Positions 29,808 through 41,100 of a DNA stretch of 64,000 nt are shown piece by piece. The translations under genes and the position numbers were made by a program. The stretch covers positions 7,129,929-7,193,928 of the forward strand of contig OZ245838.1 in the NCBI GenBank assembly GCA_965228735.1, read 5' to 3'. Origin of the DNA: Planctomycetota bacterium. GTDB lineage: Bacteria; Planctomycetota; UBA1135; UBA2386. The notes under the pieces are model-generated. The model saw nothing but the letters and a program-made list of their open reading frames with translations. It had not been told where the DNA came from and searched no databases. Position 1 is the first letter of the stretch; the number at the start of each line of letters is the position of its first letter.

Positions 29808-30187
29808 CCGCCGAGCCGGAGTGGATCGAGCTGGCAGATGCCCTGCTGTTCCACGGCCGGTTGATCGCGGTGTTCGGCGGCGCCTCGGGCATCAGTGACA
29901 AGGGACTGCTCGAGTCGGCGCTGAGTCGCCCACGAAACCTGTTCGGCTACGGTACGACCGATCACTTCGAACTGGCTGCCGCGTATGCGCACGGCATCGT
30001 CCAGAATCACCCGTTCGTGGACGGCAACAAGCGAGCGGCCTTCGTGATTGCGCGTGTCTTCCTCGGCATCAACGAGCTTGCGTTCGATCCGCCGGAGGAG
30101 GAAGCGGTCGTCATGGTGGAGGGGCTTGCGGCGGGTGAGGTGTCGCAGGCGCTGTTCGCCGAATGGCTGCGGAAGCACACCAAGTAG
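29804..30187 (+). CDS. doc: Doc (death-on-curing, Fic-fold) toxin
   Basis: HPFVDGNKR motif; GLLESALSRP. Confidence 0.92.
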   Translation: MTAEPEWIELADALLFHGRLIAVFGGASGISDKGLLESALSRPRNLFGYGTTDHFELAAAYAHGIVQNHPFVDGNKRAAFVIARVFLGINELAFDPPEEEAVVMVEGLAAGEVSQALFAEWLRKHTK

Positions 30188-30244
30188 TCGGGGCGGCCTC
30201 GTCATGGTATTGCGATCGCCGTCTGCGTCTGGCAAGACGCCACC

Positions 30245-30491
30245 GTGTCCGACCTGCTGCCGCTTCGCCTCCTGCTGCTTGCCTTCGCCGGCCTCGTCAA
30301 CCGCGATCAGGCCCGTCTGCTTGCCTACACTCTCGAAGAGAACCGTATCCTGCGCGAGCAGATCGGTTCACGCCGACTTGCACCTGACCGCGGAGCAGCG
30401 CCGCCGATTGGCCAGGCTCGGGAAGGCGCTCGGTCGCAAGGTGCTGAGCCGGGTCGCGACGATCGTCACGCCCGACACCATCCTGAGGTGG
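30245..30491 (+). pseudogene. Frameshifted, truncated N-terminus of an integrase-core transposase
   Basis: YTLEENRILREQ then, in another frame, LTAEQRRRLARLGKALGRKVL..IVTPDTILRW; cut by the IS21 end. Confidence 0.7.
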
Positions 30492-31030
30492 TGTCATGGA
30501 CCGCCCTATGAGAGCCACTCCGGTTCGGCCAAGCGGAGCCACCTCCAGTTCGGCCAAGCGGAGCCAGGGCAGTTCGGCGAAGCGGAGCCACCCTGGTTCG
30601 GCCAAGCGGAGCCAGCCGAGTTCGGTCGGGCCGGAAGTCAGATCTGAAACTGGGTGAGCCCCCTGCCGCCCGGGATCCTCGCGGGAATCACCAAACCCCC
30701 AAGAGGACCAGATGGGCTTCAGGAGGCTCTCGATGCATCGTCTACAAGATCTCGTTCGACTTCACCGTCAAGGTCAGCCAAACCGCGCAATCTCGCGCTT
30801 GTTGCGCATGGGGCGCAACACGGTCGCCCGCTACCGCAGTGCGCTACTGGCTGCAGGTCTGCTGGACGGCAACACCGAGGAGCTGCCGGGCATGGAGGAG
30901 CTGCGCGCGGCCGTGGACACGCACGCGCCATCGGCACTGCCCCCGCAGCAGCGGTCCTCGATCGAGCGTTGGCTGCCGATCATCGACGAGAAGCATGCGG
31001 CTGGCGTGAAGCCGACCGCGATCTACCGGT
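30492..31030 (+). mobile_element. IS21-family remnant (left end plus istA 5' fragment)
   Basis: TGTCA terminus; 19-bp subterminal repeats; HTH MHRLQDLVRLHRQG..AISRLLRMGRNTVARY, then homology is lost. Confidence 0.75.
30523..30614 (+). repeat. Four 19-bp repeats GTTCGGC(C/G)AAGCGGAGCCA at 24-25 bp period (transposase binding sites)
   Basis: Copies start at 30523, 30548, 30572 and 30596. Confidence 0.9.
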
Positions 31031-31231
31031 GGTCAGCCGCTGGCAGTTTGCGAGCCGCAGAGCGATGCTCAGCAAGAGACGTTGCTGCGGGCTTGGAGGC
31101 AGGCCCAGGCCGGCGAGGGCCGCCGCGCCGACGACGTGCTCGACGATCTCGGGCGCAAGTGATTTCGTTCGTTGGCACCCGGCGAGTCCGCCCGCTTGCG
31201 GAAGCACCGGCGAGGGGTAATCTTGCCCTTC

Positions 31232-31459
31232 ATGTCCTGGACCGACCGCATCACGATCGAGCCCGGCAAGCGTGGCGGCAAGCCGTGCATTCGCGGGCTT
31301 CGCATCACCGTGTCGGACATCCTCGAGTACCTCGCATCAGGCATGTCGGAAGACGAGATCCTCGCCGACTTCCCCGACCTGGAGCGCGCTGACATCCGCG
31401 CGGCCCTCGCGTTCGCGGCGGAGCGGGAGCGACGGCTCGTGGAAGTCCGGCCCGCGTGA
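31232..31459 (+). CDS. DUF433 antitoxin-like protein
   Basis: RGGKPCIRGLRITVSDIL..EILADFPDL; TAATCT box 8 nt before the ATG. Confidence 0.9.
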   Translation: MSWTDRITIEPGKRGGKPCIRGLRITVSDILEYLASGMSEDEILADFPDLERADIRAALAFAAERERRLVEVRPA

Positions 31460-31660
31460 AACTCCTGTTCGACGAGAACCTCGCCCCGCGGCTCGCCGTG
31501 GGGTTGCAGGACCTGTTTCCCGAATCGCAGCACGTCCGCGATGCCGGACTTGCCGGTGCCTCGGATGCCGAGGTGTGGGACTACGCCAAGACACGAGGGT
31601 TCGCGATCGTGTCGAAGGACTCTGACTTCCAGCGCATCCATCGCCTGCGAGCCCTCACGT
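31456..31660 (+). pseudogene. DUF5615 PIN-like toxin, C-terminally truncated
   Basis: MKLLFDENL..ASDAEVWDYA..IVSKDSDF, then reads into the antisense strand of the convergent gene. Confidence 0.7.
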
Positions 31661-31674
31661 TTCCGCAAGCGGCG

Positions 31675-32592
31675 CTAAGTTTGAACTACGACGCCGTTCG
31701 TCCCAATGAACGTGCCGCCACTGATCGCGATGCCTTGCGTGTAGAACGTCAGGCCCGGGATCGGAGGAAAGGTCGCCTCGAAGTCGACGAACTTGCGGTT
31801 GTTTGGTCCGTCGAGGAGCGGCACTCCGAGGATGAACTGGGGCTGTACGAGTAACGGACAGGCGAAGCTGGGCAACTGGACGTTCCACTGCGTGTCGCCG
31901 CCCATAAGCCAGGCGAACGTCGCGTCGCTGGGTAGGGAAGCCACGAACACTCGGTCGAACGTTGCGTCGCCGTGCTGACAGCCCAGTTCACCGGCGCAGT
32001 TGGGACCGAACACGGGCTCCAGGTTTGGCTCGACGAAATCGAGGACGATGGCCGAACTCACGGCGGAGGCGCCCGAGGAAGGGGAGCTCGCAGAGTCGAT
32101 CGTCCAACGCACTTCCGTGCCGCGGCGATCGCAAAGCACCGGGAGCGTCGTTTGCGGCGTCGATGTGAGCCCGGATGCGCTGTGCTCCAGGATTCCGTCA
32201 GCTCCGACGTCGATCTCGGATTGCGCACCGACTGCGAGAGGCGATAGCCAGAGGTTGTAGTCCACCTGCACGTCGAACTCGAGGTGAACGCGGCTTGGTG
32301 CTGGCGCGGTCACGACAGTGGTCAGCGATGTGCGCGCCGCAGTGTAGAAGTGGTGCAGTTGCGACGCGCGCTGTCGTGCCTCCAAGCGGTTGCCTGCCCG
32401 ATCGAGACTAATCACTCCGAGATAGACGAAGCTCGGAAATGTCACGGGTCCGGGCGGAAGGTAGTGGTACTGGCCCGAGCCCTCCGACGTGAAGTACCAG
32501 GTGGCCTGAGGCGCGTTGCGAGTATCGAGTTGCAAGCCTTGCGCCGGCAAGCTGGCGAGTGACATCGATACCGCGATAAGCGAGTTCCGCAT
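31675..32592 (-). CDS. Secreted protein with the shared C-terminal domain
   Basis: Signal peptide ending PAQ; ends FPPIPGLTFYTQG..TNGVVVQT. Confidence 0.75.
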   Translation of the reverse strand: MRNSLIAVSMSLASLPAQGLQLDTRNAPQATWYFTSEGSGQYHYLPPGPVTFPSFVYLGVISLDRAGNRLEARQRASQLHHFYTAARTSLTTVVTAPAPSRVHLEFDVQVDYNLWLSPLAVGAQSEIDVGADGILEHSASGLTSTPQTTLPVLCDRRGTEVRWTIDSASSPSSGASAVSSAIVLDFVEPNLEPVFGPNCAGELGCQHGDATFDRVFVASLPSDATFAWLMGGDTQWNVQLPSFACPLLVQPQFILGVPLLDGPNNRKFVDFEATFPPIPGLTFYTQGIAISGGTFIGTNGVVVQT

Positions 32593-32643
32593 TCGTCAGA
32601 TTCTACAGGCAATGTGACGTGCGTTCTCTCTCATGGCGCCGGG

Positions 32644-34677
32644 TTAGCGAGGCGGAAGGACGATGGTTTGCTCCGAGACTTCGTTCGCCCGAATGACGAC
32701 ATCCACGATGGCGGTCTTGCGCCCATTGGCGGTGACGAAGAGGCGTTGCGCACCAAGCCTCAACCCGTGGAAAGTGGTCATGTCGTCCTCGACGAGATCG
32801 AATACCTGATCGCCGATGATGACCGTCGCGCTTTCGATTGGCGCGCCGGCATCGTCCTTTGCCGCGAGTCGGATCCGGCCGCTGGGAATACGCAACTGCC
32901 ACGGGCCGGCGCCCTGTAGTGGGAACCGCTGCGTCAGGTGGCGCGCCGTCAGGTCGTCGGACTCCGGCGGATACACGACCAGCGTGTCGCTGGCGCGTGC
33001 GTCGATACCGAGCCAGCCGCCGAGATCGTCGAGCGGAACCGTGTCCGGTGTCTCGCGCACGTTCTGCCAACCCGGGCGCAAGAGCGCGGCCTCGAGCCAG
33101 GCGCAAGGCTTGCCGTCGGCGAAGGTGACGCTCACGTTGGGCTTTGTGCCGAGTCGAATCGTCCCGACGTCGACCACGACATCGACGCCGCGCGGTGGCA
33201 GGACAACGGGTAGCAGGCGTGCCCACTCGCTGCCGTCGAGCGGACGGACGACGAGGATCGAGAGGCCTTCCAGCGTCGTGGGAAGCGAGAAGGCGCCGTC
33301 GGTCTGCAGTTCCGCGTCGAACTCATCGTTCTCAGGGTGCACGCAATCGCGATGGCCGCGCCACGACCGCAGGCCCACTCGCGATGCCACTGGTTCGCCG
33401 TTCGCGTCGACGACCTGGCCTTCGACTCGGCTCGGAGGGAACGGGTGGAGGCGTATCGGGGCCGCAGCCAACGCCTCGGCCTGGGTGAGGCGGAAGGGGC
33501 GGCGAGCTTCACCGAGCTCGAACGTGAGTGAGCCCGGCGGTAACGCGATCGGAAGCCCGAGCCGGATTTCCTCCGAGATGTCGCGGACGCCGCTGGCGGA
33601 CCAGAGCGCCACCTCGATCGGCGGGTCGCCGGCGACGCGGACCAGGATCTCGGTCGACGCCGCGTTCGTCTCTTCCTGCGCTGCGGCTGGTGCACTCTCA
33701 CGTGGTGCCGTTGGGCGGGCCACGAACTGCTCGGGATCCTGATCTGGTTCGGGAAGGCGCAGGACGAACGGTTCGGCTGCCGGGCGCTCGAACCACACGC
33801 GTTGTCGGCCGTGGACGACAACGAGGTTGTTGGCAACTTCGGGGCCGAACAGCGCGAACGAACCGTCACGCTTTGTTCGGGTCCAGGGACCTCGGTGGTC
33901 GCCCGAATCGCACCCGACGTAGGCGTCGCGAACCGCTGTTCCTGCCGCATCGAGAACGCGACCGATGGCTGGTTTGCCGGGTGGTGTTCGGAACGTCAAC
34001 GGCGGCTCGTCGGGATGCCACGTCGCATCATCGAAGTAGCCGAGTGCGAGCGCGGGGTGCTCGAGGTAGATGTCGCCGATGCCGTCGTGCGGGTCGACTC
34101 CGGTCAGGGTGACGAGGCCAGTCGCGTCGGTGCGACCCCAGGCCAGATCCGGGGTATGCCCACAACCGCCGCAGAACCCGACGAGCACGTTGGGGACCGG
34201 CTCATGGCGCCAGTCGAGGATCCTGACTGGAACCGGGATCGCGGGGGCGAGGGCCGTGATGCCTTGATCGACGGATCCCATGCTGACCGTCGCGGCGTAG
34301 CCGGGTGCGCGAACGATCGTCCAGCCCCAGGGTCGGTAGTTCGGAGCCCGCTCATCGCATCGCAGTCTCACGAAGCCGTCGGCGTCCGCCGTCGCGCGCA
34401 TCGAGAACCAGAACTCACCGCGAAGTGGCGTCGGGCTTTCCGCATCGAGCAACAACTCTGCCGTCGGAACCGGGGCCCCCGTCATGCCATCGACGACCCT
34501 CGTGACCAGCCACGATTGGTCGTTCGTGTAGACGCGGCCGTCCCAGCCGGTCGGATACATCTTGGGCGTGATCGATACTTGTGCAGCTACCGCCGTCGTG
34601 AGCGCGAGTAGGCAGACCGCTGCTGAAGGGAGCGAGCTCGCAAGGCTCTGGGCTCGTGGGGCGCAGCGGTTCGGCAT
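32644..34677 (-). CDS. Secreted protein with carboxypeptidase-regulatory-like repeats
   Basis: GRVLDAAG.AV and EGQVVDANGEPV..TD..G.F repeats; a CGGCGH motif. Confidence 0.7.
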   Translation of the reverse strand: MPNRCAPRAQSLASSLPSAAVCLLALTTAVAAQVSITPKMYPTGWDGRVYTNDQSWLVTRVVDGMTGAPVPTAELLLDAESPTPLRGEFWFSMRATADADGFVRLRCDERAPNYRPWGWTIVRAPGYAATVSMGSVDQGITALAPAIPVPVRILDWRHEPVPNVLVGFCGGCGHTPDLAWGRTDATGLVTLTGVDPHDGIGDIYLEHPALALGYFDDATWHPDEPPLTFRTPPGKPAIGRVLDAAGTAVRDAYVGCDSGDHRGPWTRTKRDGSFALFGPEVANNLVVVHGRQRVWFERPAAEPFVLRLPEPDQDPEQFVARPTAPRESAPAAAQEETNAASTEILVRVAGDPPIEVALWSASGVRDISEEIRLGLPIALPPGSLTFELGEARRPFRLTQAEALAAAPIRLHPFPPSRVEGQVVDANGEPVASRVGLRSWRGHRDCVHPENDEFDAELQTDGAFSLPTTLEGLSILVVRPLDGSEWARLLPVVLPPRGVDVVVDVGTIRLGTKPNVSVTFADGKPCAWLEAALLRPGWQNVRETPDTVPLDDLGGWLGIDARASDTLVVYPPESDDLTARHLTQRFPLQGAGPWQLRIPSGRIRLAAKDDAGAPIESATVIIGDQVFDLVEDDMTTFHGLRLGAQRLFVTANGRKTAIVDVVIRANEVSEQTIVLPPR

Positions 34678-34889
34678 CGTGTCATGGTAGCGAAGCTGCT
34701 CAGGCTCGACTGTTAACCAGAATCCGAGCTCTCTCCCCGTCCGCAGAGAGCATCCGCCCTGGTGCCACTCAGGCCGACCCCGTTCCCGGGTGGGGACCCG
34801 CAGCACCCCGGTCTCGCGAACACCCGCCCCAAGCCCAGCGACCGCCCACAACCGCCCCCGACACCCCCGCCTACGCCACTCCCCGCTCC

Positions 34890-34984
34890 AAAAGAAAACG
34901 CCCCGCGGCTGCTAACCGCGAGGCGTTCTCATCCGCATCATCTGCGGCGACTGGCTCCCCAGAGCGGGCGTGGATGCGAACTTC
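34890..34984. repeat. ~90-bp structured repeat, copy 2 (terminator-like on the minus strand)
   Basis: Same core; hairpin GAAAACGCCCCGCGG/CCGCGAGGCGTTCTC with a T-rich tail on the minus strand, shortly downstream of the selenoprotein gene stop. Confidence 0.95.
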
Positions 34985-34997
34985 GGGGCCGTAGGGC

Positions 34998-35900
34998 TCA
35001 CTTCTTCTGGTCGTCCGGGACGAACAGTTTGGTCCATCGCGAGCCTTGGAACTCCTTCGCGGTTCGGGAGCGCAGGTCCGTGGCCGCGCCGCCGCGCGTC
35101 TCGACGGCACGGATGCGGTTGAGACGACCGAGGGCCTTGATGCCGAGCTTGGCCGCGTCGGCTTCCGGCTCTCGGGCGAACGCACCCGCGAGCGTCCGCA
35201 GGCGTTTGATCTCCGGAGTCAGGTCGGCGCCCTTGGCGGCGGCTTCGAACACGGACGCGAACTGGGCTTCGGCCCAGTCTCGAGCCTTCTTCGTCGCGGC
35301 AACGATCAGGTCGCGTTCTTCGCAGCGGCCAAACGTGTCATCGGCCGTCTTGGCGGCCTTGAGCACGGCCCGCCAGTCTTGCTTCTCCGCGGCCTTCTGC
35401 GCCTCGGTGGCGAGCTTGGCGAGGCGTTTGCGGAGTTCCGGAGGTGCGTCGAGCTTGCCGAGCTTCTCGACTTTGTCGAGCATCTCCGCGAACTGCACGC
35501 GGGAAACCCCGCCCGAGTAGCCGGTGACCCATTCGCCCTCGTGCGTGAGGATGGCAACGAAGGGCAGGCTGGTCGCTCCCGCCAGGTTCGCGTCCATGAT
35601 GCCCGCAACGTCGGAGTCCGGATCGTCACAGTCAGCCGCCAGGCCGACCGCGAGATCGCCGATTCGCCCGTGCACGGGAGCGACGCCGAGGATGCCCTCC
35701 ACGAGGGCACGGCACATGCCTCAAGCCTGGCGGCCGTACTCGACGAGCACGAACTTCTGCTGCTTCCTTGCGGCCGCCTGCGCGTCCGCCAGCTTCTTGT
35801 GCCACTGCAGGGCGCCGTTGTCGGCGAAATGCGGATGACCTTGCGCTGGCGCCTGGGCGATGAGTGATGCCAGAGCGATCGTGAGGATGGGCTTGAGCAT
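34998..35900 (-). CDS. Secreted thioredoxin-fold selenoprotein (UxxC), 300 aa by UGA read-through
   Basis: Track ORFs 35721-35915 and 34998-35717 are in frame, joined by TGA at 35721-35723: FVLVEYGRQA-U-GMC; a hairpin follows; later SLPFV (cis-Pro-like). Confidence 0.8.
35685..35713 (-). promoter_or_regulatory. Candidate bacterial SECIS element
   Basis: GCCG-UGCCCUC-(GUG)-GAGGGCA-uccu-CGGC; the apical loop starts with G, 18 nt after the UGA. Confidence 0.6.
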
Positions 35901-36075
35901 GGCTACCTCTTCCATGTTGGGAAGAGTAGGGCAACTCGCCGAGTTAGGCTAGTCGCGTGCAGTCGTTGGAGGTGCAGTCGGTCGGCGGCGTGAGGGGTTG
36001 TCGTCGGTTGCTGATCTGGCCGACGCACGGGCTCTTGCGGCCGGGGTGACCGTCAACCAGAATCCGAGTGCCGAC

Positions 36076-36290
36076 ATCCTCGCTGACTTCCCCGACCTGG
36101 AGCGCGCTGACATCCACGCGGCCCTCGCGTACGCGACGGAGCGGGAGCGACGGTCTGTGGAAGTCCCGCCCGCGTGAAGCTCCTGTTCGACGAGAATCTG
36201 GCGCCGCGGCCCGCCGCGGCATTGCAGGACCTGTTTCCCGAATCGCAGCACGTCCGCGATGCCGGACGTGCCGTCGCTTCGGACGCGCAG
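36076..36290 (+). pseudogene. Degenerate second copy of the DUF433/DUF5615 junction
   Basis: Diverged direct repeat of ~31358-31572. Confidence 0.85.
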
Positions 36291-36291
36291 A

Positions 36292-37773
36292 TCAGTTGAA
36301 GATCGGCAGCTCGGTGACGCGGCCGACGAAGAAGTTGTCGTTCGAGTCGATCCAGCCAGCCTGCAGGTAGAGGTTCTGCGCCACGAAGGCCGGCGAGGTC
36401 GGCACTTGCAGCGTGATGGTCTGCGAGGCGTTGAATGGGAAGCCGATGCCGGCGACGATCACCGGGTCGGTGAGCACGGGGTTGTCGAGGTAGGCGCCCG
36501 GCGTGTTGGTGCGAGAGAACGAGGCGCCGAGGGCCCAGATCTGGTCGAGCACGTTGAAGTGGGCGTCGACCTCGAACGAGAAGCTCTGGCCAGGCGCCGC
36601 GGCGACGACTCGGTCGTGAATCGAGACCTCGCGCTCCATACCGGTGCGGTAGAAGCTGAGCGGGTCGTTGGGACCCTGCCCGAAGAAGAAGATGGTCGGG
36701 TCGAGCTCGTTCGGCTGAGCGTTCGGATCCTGCTGGACGAACGGTGGGATGGAGTAGACGAACAGCTCCAACGGGGTCAGGACCGTGTAGGCGCCACCCG
36801 GTTCGGTGGTGAGACCGTCCCGCACGTGCATTACCGACGCGCTGCGTTCGGGGGTGCCGGCGACGATCTGTCGAGTGATGAACGACAGCCATTGACGGTC
36901 GCCGCTGACCTCCAGCGTTTCTACATCCACACCGATCGTGAGGTCACGGATCGCGAGCGGGTTGTTGCGGTTGAAGCGCACGATCTTGTGGATCGAGGGC
37001 GTCGCGTTGTTCGACATGCGCGCGACCAGATACTGCGTGTCGATCCACTTCAGGTCGGTCATCGTGTGATTGGCCGGCACGTTGAAGCTCACGACGCCGC
37101 CCGGAACGCTGCCGTTGAAGTTCACGAACGAGACCTGCTGACCGGTCGTGCCGTTGCTGAGGAACGCGATCTGCGATAGCGAGCCGTTGTCGATCACGGT
37201 CAACGGTTCAGTCGCGGCCGGGCCCGAGGTGGGGGTGAGTCGAGGCGGGTTGCCCGCGATCCCGCTGCGGCCGGTGTAGAAGAGGTTGCCGACGGAGTTG
37301 CCCGGCTGCGTGTTGGCGCGCCGCAGGAAGAACGTGTTGTTGCCGGTGCGCACGCCCTCGACGCGCCAGCTCTCGTTGGTCGCGAACGACAAGGTCGGCA
37401 GCTGAGTCGCTCCGCCGACGAGGTATCGTTCGACGAGCACGGCGTTGCCATTGACGTCGTTCTGCACATCGTAGGTCGTGGTCGGCGTCGCCGTGCTGCG
37501 TTCCCAGATGATCGAATCGACCGAGCCGGCGGCGAACGGGTCGATGATCTGCACGAAGGTCGGGTTGCCGCCGGTCGCGAGGTCGAAGTAGCCGTAGGCG
37601 CCGTTCGTCGCGCGCAGTAGAACCCGCAAGCCGGCGTCGCCGAAGCCGAACGAGGTCCCGCCCTGCGAGGTGAGGTTGTTGACGGTGAATGGGGTCAGAT
37701 ACTGCGCCGCCAGTGGGCTGCAGCAGGCGAGGGCGAACGCCGTAGCGGCGATCGAAGGAAGTCGTGTAGTCAT
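36292..37773 (-). CDS. Secreted beta-rich protein with the shared C-terminal domain
   Basis: Signal peptide ending AAQ; ends LQVPTSPAFVAQNLYLQAGW. Confidence 0.8.
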   Translation of the reverse strand: MTTRLPSIAATAFALACCSPLAAQYLTPFTVNNLTSQGGTSFGFGDAGLRVLLRATNGAYGYFDLATGGNPTFVQIIDPFAAGSVDSIIWERSTATPTTTYDVQNDVNGNAVLVERYLVGGATQLPTLSFATNESWRVEGVRTGNNTFFLRRANTQPGNSVGNLFYTGRSGIAGNPPRLTPTSGPAATEPLTVIDNGSLSQIAFLSNGTTGQQVSFVNFNGSVPGGVVSFNVPANHTMTDLKWIDTQYLVARMSNNATPSIHKIVRFNRNNPLAIRDLTIGVDVETLEVSGDRQWLSFITRQIVAGTPERSASVMHVRDGLTTEPGGAYTVLTPLELFVYSIPPFVQQDPNAQPNELDPTIFFFGQGPNDPLSFYRTGMEREVSIHDRVVAAAPGQSFSFEVDAHFNVLDQIWALGASFSRTNTPGAYLDNPVLTDPVIVAGIGFPFNASQTITLQVPTSPAFVAQNLYLQAGWIDSNDNFFVGRVTELPIFN

Positions 37774-38195
37774 CTCTGTCGTGGGTTCGTTGTCGAGCCG
37801 TCGAACGCGGAGGTCGCGAGACGGGATGACGTTGGTGTCTCGGGGCGTCGCGGCGGCTGGCGCAGTCCTCGGATTTTCGCGAACGGCTGCGTCGTCGTTG
37901 CTGTTCGTGCCGCAGCGCTTCGCCCGCGCCCATCGCCGTGGCGCGCGAACTCGGTCTACACGAATGCGAACGGGCCGCGCGTCGGAGGCGACGCCGTCGA
38001 TCCTGACAACGGAACCGCGATAGTCGCGGCCGCTCTGGTCGAGCGACCGCCTGTGTCAGGCTCCGCCGGGAATCGAGGTGACGGTCCCACTCCCTTCGAG
38101 TCGGATCCGTTGCCTCGTCCCCGTTTCAACGCATTGCGGACGATCACCTCGATCCGTTCGCCGATCGAGGTGCGATCGTCAGCGCGGCGCGCTTG

Positions 38196-41100
38196 TTACC
38201 AGCCGACCGTGATATCGAGAACCTGGCCGCTCGGCCGGATCTGCAGGGTGCCGCTGACATCCGACACCAGCATCGCCTGCTGGAAGTAGCGGGTCCCGAG
38301 CACGCTCGCGGACAGCGGCAGCGGGATGTCGATCGCGATCGCGCTCTCCTGCAACGAGGGACCGAAGAAGTAGGTGCCCGAGGTGCTGCTGCCGGGCTTG
38401 TTGATGCTCCAGCAGGCGGGGGTGCCGGAGGAGGTCTGGAGGCTGCCGAAGGCCTGCTCGGTGCTAGAGAAGTCCGACACGATCACGGCCGAGTTCCAGT
38501 TGAGACCCGGCCCCTGCTCGGCGCCTTCGATGACGAGCGAGTAGGTGCGGCCCGGCATGGCGTCGCCGAGCGCGCGCAGGCGTGGCATGCCCTGCGTCAT
38601 CGTCAGCGTCGGGATGCCCGACGGACTCGAGTAAGCGCCGCGCGTTACCGACAGGTCGTAGTAGAGCGACCCGACGTTCCACATCGGACAGCCGGACAGT
38701 GGCCACGCAGCGCGGTAGGCCGCCCACGTGTTGCCGCCGACGGAGGTGCTCGGCACCGGACCGAACGGCACCGCGGCGGGCGTGCCCGGCGGCCGCGGCA
38801 TGAAGATCGCCATCTCGGGCGTCGCCGTGAATACGAGGAAGCGTGGGCCGTTGCCGCCCGAGATGGCGGCGAACTCGGCGCGGGCGACGCCCGCGTCGGC
38901 GTCGATCACCAGTGTCGAGTCCCAGCTCGTGCCGTTGTTGTCCGGCTGCCAGACGACGCCGGAACCAGGCGAGGCGCAGCCGGGGCTGGAGCCCGCGCTG
39001 GTGGACGTCCCGACCTGCAGGCTGCACGGGATGCTCATATTGCGGGCGAAGCGGCCGCGCACCTCGAGCGTGATGGCGTTGTCCGTCACGAACGCGGTCT
39101 CTTGAGCGAAGGCGAGTGCGATTTCACGCCTGCTGGTGATCGGCTCTGGATCGAGCGTCACGCCGGCGGGCAACGTCGAACTCGTCGAGCTAGGGGTCGT
39201 TTGGGCGACGTCGCACGGCGGCGCGCTGAGGCTGGTGATCGTGGCTACGGCGGCGTTCGGACCGGGAGTCACCGGGCCGAGGCGAGTCGCCGCGAAGCCG
39301 ACGTCGATCGACGTCGGTGCCGGCGTTCCTGCCTCGGCGCGGTTGACGAAGGCGACGACGTTGATCGTCTCGTTGGCGGTAGCGACGAACTCGGCCCGTT
39401 CCCACGTGCGGTTGCCAAAGGTGTCGGCCGGGTTGACGAGCGAACGCGCGGTGAGGATCTGGCCGCTCACCGAGCCGAACAGCATGAGGTCGATGTCGGC
39501 CCAGACCGGCTGGCCTGCGACCAGGCCTGGGTTGAGGTTGGTGCGGAACCAGGTCAGGACGACCGCGTGCCTTTCACCGGCGGTGACTGGGAACGATGCG
39601 ACCATCGGACGCAGGCCCGTCGTGTTTCCGATCGACACCACGTTGTGCGTCGTGGCGGCGTCGGTCAGCGGGTCGTTGGTCAGTCGATCCGTGCGCAGGA
39701 AACCTGCGCCCTTCTCGTTGTCGCCGGCGCCATCGGCGTTGCCGTTGACTGCGGTCGCCAGCATCATCGCCTTGGCCTCGAGCACGGTGGTGACGGTCGG
39801 CGCGCCACCGTCGCGGCCGTTCATCATCAGCGTCGCGGCGCCAGCGACGATCGCGCCCGAGATCGAGGTGCCCTCGACCCGCGTCGACGTGCTCTCGTTG
39901 AGGTGCACCGCTGCCGTCACCTGGCTGGCGACTGCGGCGATATCCGGATACTCCCGTCGGTAGGCGTCGCCGGCGCCCGTCACGTTCGGCATCCGCCACT
40001 GCGAGTCGTTCCAGGCGGCAAAGCCGATCGAGCACGGCACGCTGGTGCGCGCATTGGTCAGCGGACCGGTGCCGGTGCCCGGCCAGAGCGGATGCGCGTC
40101 GGTCGCCGACGGGGCGCGGCCGGTGCCGCCGACGCACAGGCCGTTGCACTGATTGAAAGCCTCGTACGGGTTCTGGCTGAAGTCGTCGTAGTTGCCGGTC
40201 GGCGTGACTACGAGGATGTCGGCGTCACGCGCGAGCTGATCGACGGTGAGTGCGAGCGGGTGATCGGGGTTGGTGGGACCGCCGAACGACAGGCAGGCGA
40301 CGCGGACGGCCGCGCCGGCGGCGGTCGGGTTGTTGAGCAGCCAGTTGAGGCCAGCCAGCGTGTCTGACGTCTGGGCGAAGTAGCCGACGTCGTTGTAGAG
40401 CACACCTCCGCAGTTGTAGTAGGTGTCCCAATACTGCGTGATGTTGACGCCGACGATCGAGGCGCCGGGGGCCTGGCCGTCGGTCAACGGCTCGGTCGTC
40501 GGCTGGTTGCATGCCGCACCCGCCGCGAAAGCCGCCATGCCGGTGCCGTGATCGACGCCCCAGGGCTTGTTCGGAATCGCCAAGGTCGGCGTCCACGGCG
40601 TGCCGCTCGGCACCGAGTTGTTCTGCAGCAGGACGCGGCTCGGATTGGCGGTGTCGCCGCCCTCGAACAGCGTCTGGTGCGCGCGCTGAGTGCCGCCATA
40701 GTCGTCGACCAGCCAGTAGTCGAGCACTGCGAGCAGAGCAGCGCCGTTGGCGCCGGTGTAGCCGAGCTTGTGGGCGATGTTCGCGGCGTGGTGCTCGGGC
40801 GCGAGCAGGTCGCCGTCGCTCGGCGCGAATGCTCGCAGCTGGGCCCGGTGCACGGCATCACGCGCGACGCAGGCGATCGCCGGGTGCAACTTCAGGGCTT
40901 CGACGCGGGCGTCGGGCAGCTCCAGCACCAGCGTGTTGATCTGCGGCAGGTGACGGATGATGCGGGCGCCGATGCCGTCGAGATGATCGCCGATCGCCGC
41001 CACCTTCTCGTTGTAGCGTTGCGCCCGTTGCCGCTTCTCTTCGTGGCGCAGCTCGAGGCTCTGCTGGGGCGTGAGGCCGCGGTGTCGCGCGTGGAACGGC

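Noticed and set aside
30523..30640. Possible mini-CRISPR array
   Set aside because: Spacers are only 5-6 bp, no cas genes are present, and the position matches IS21 subterminal repeats
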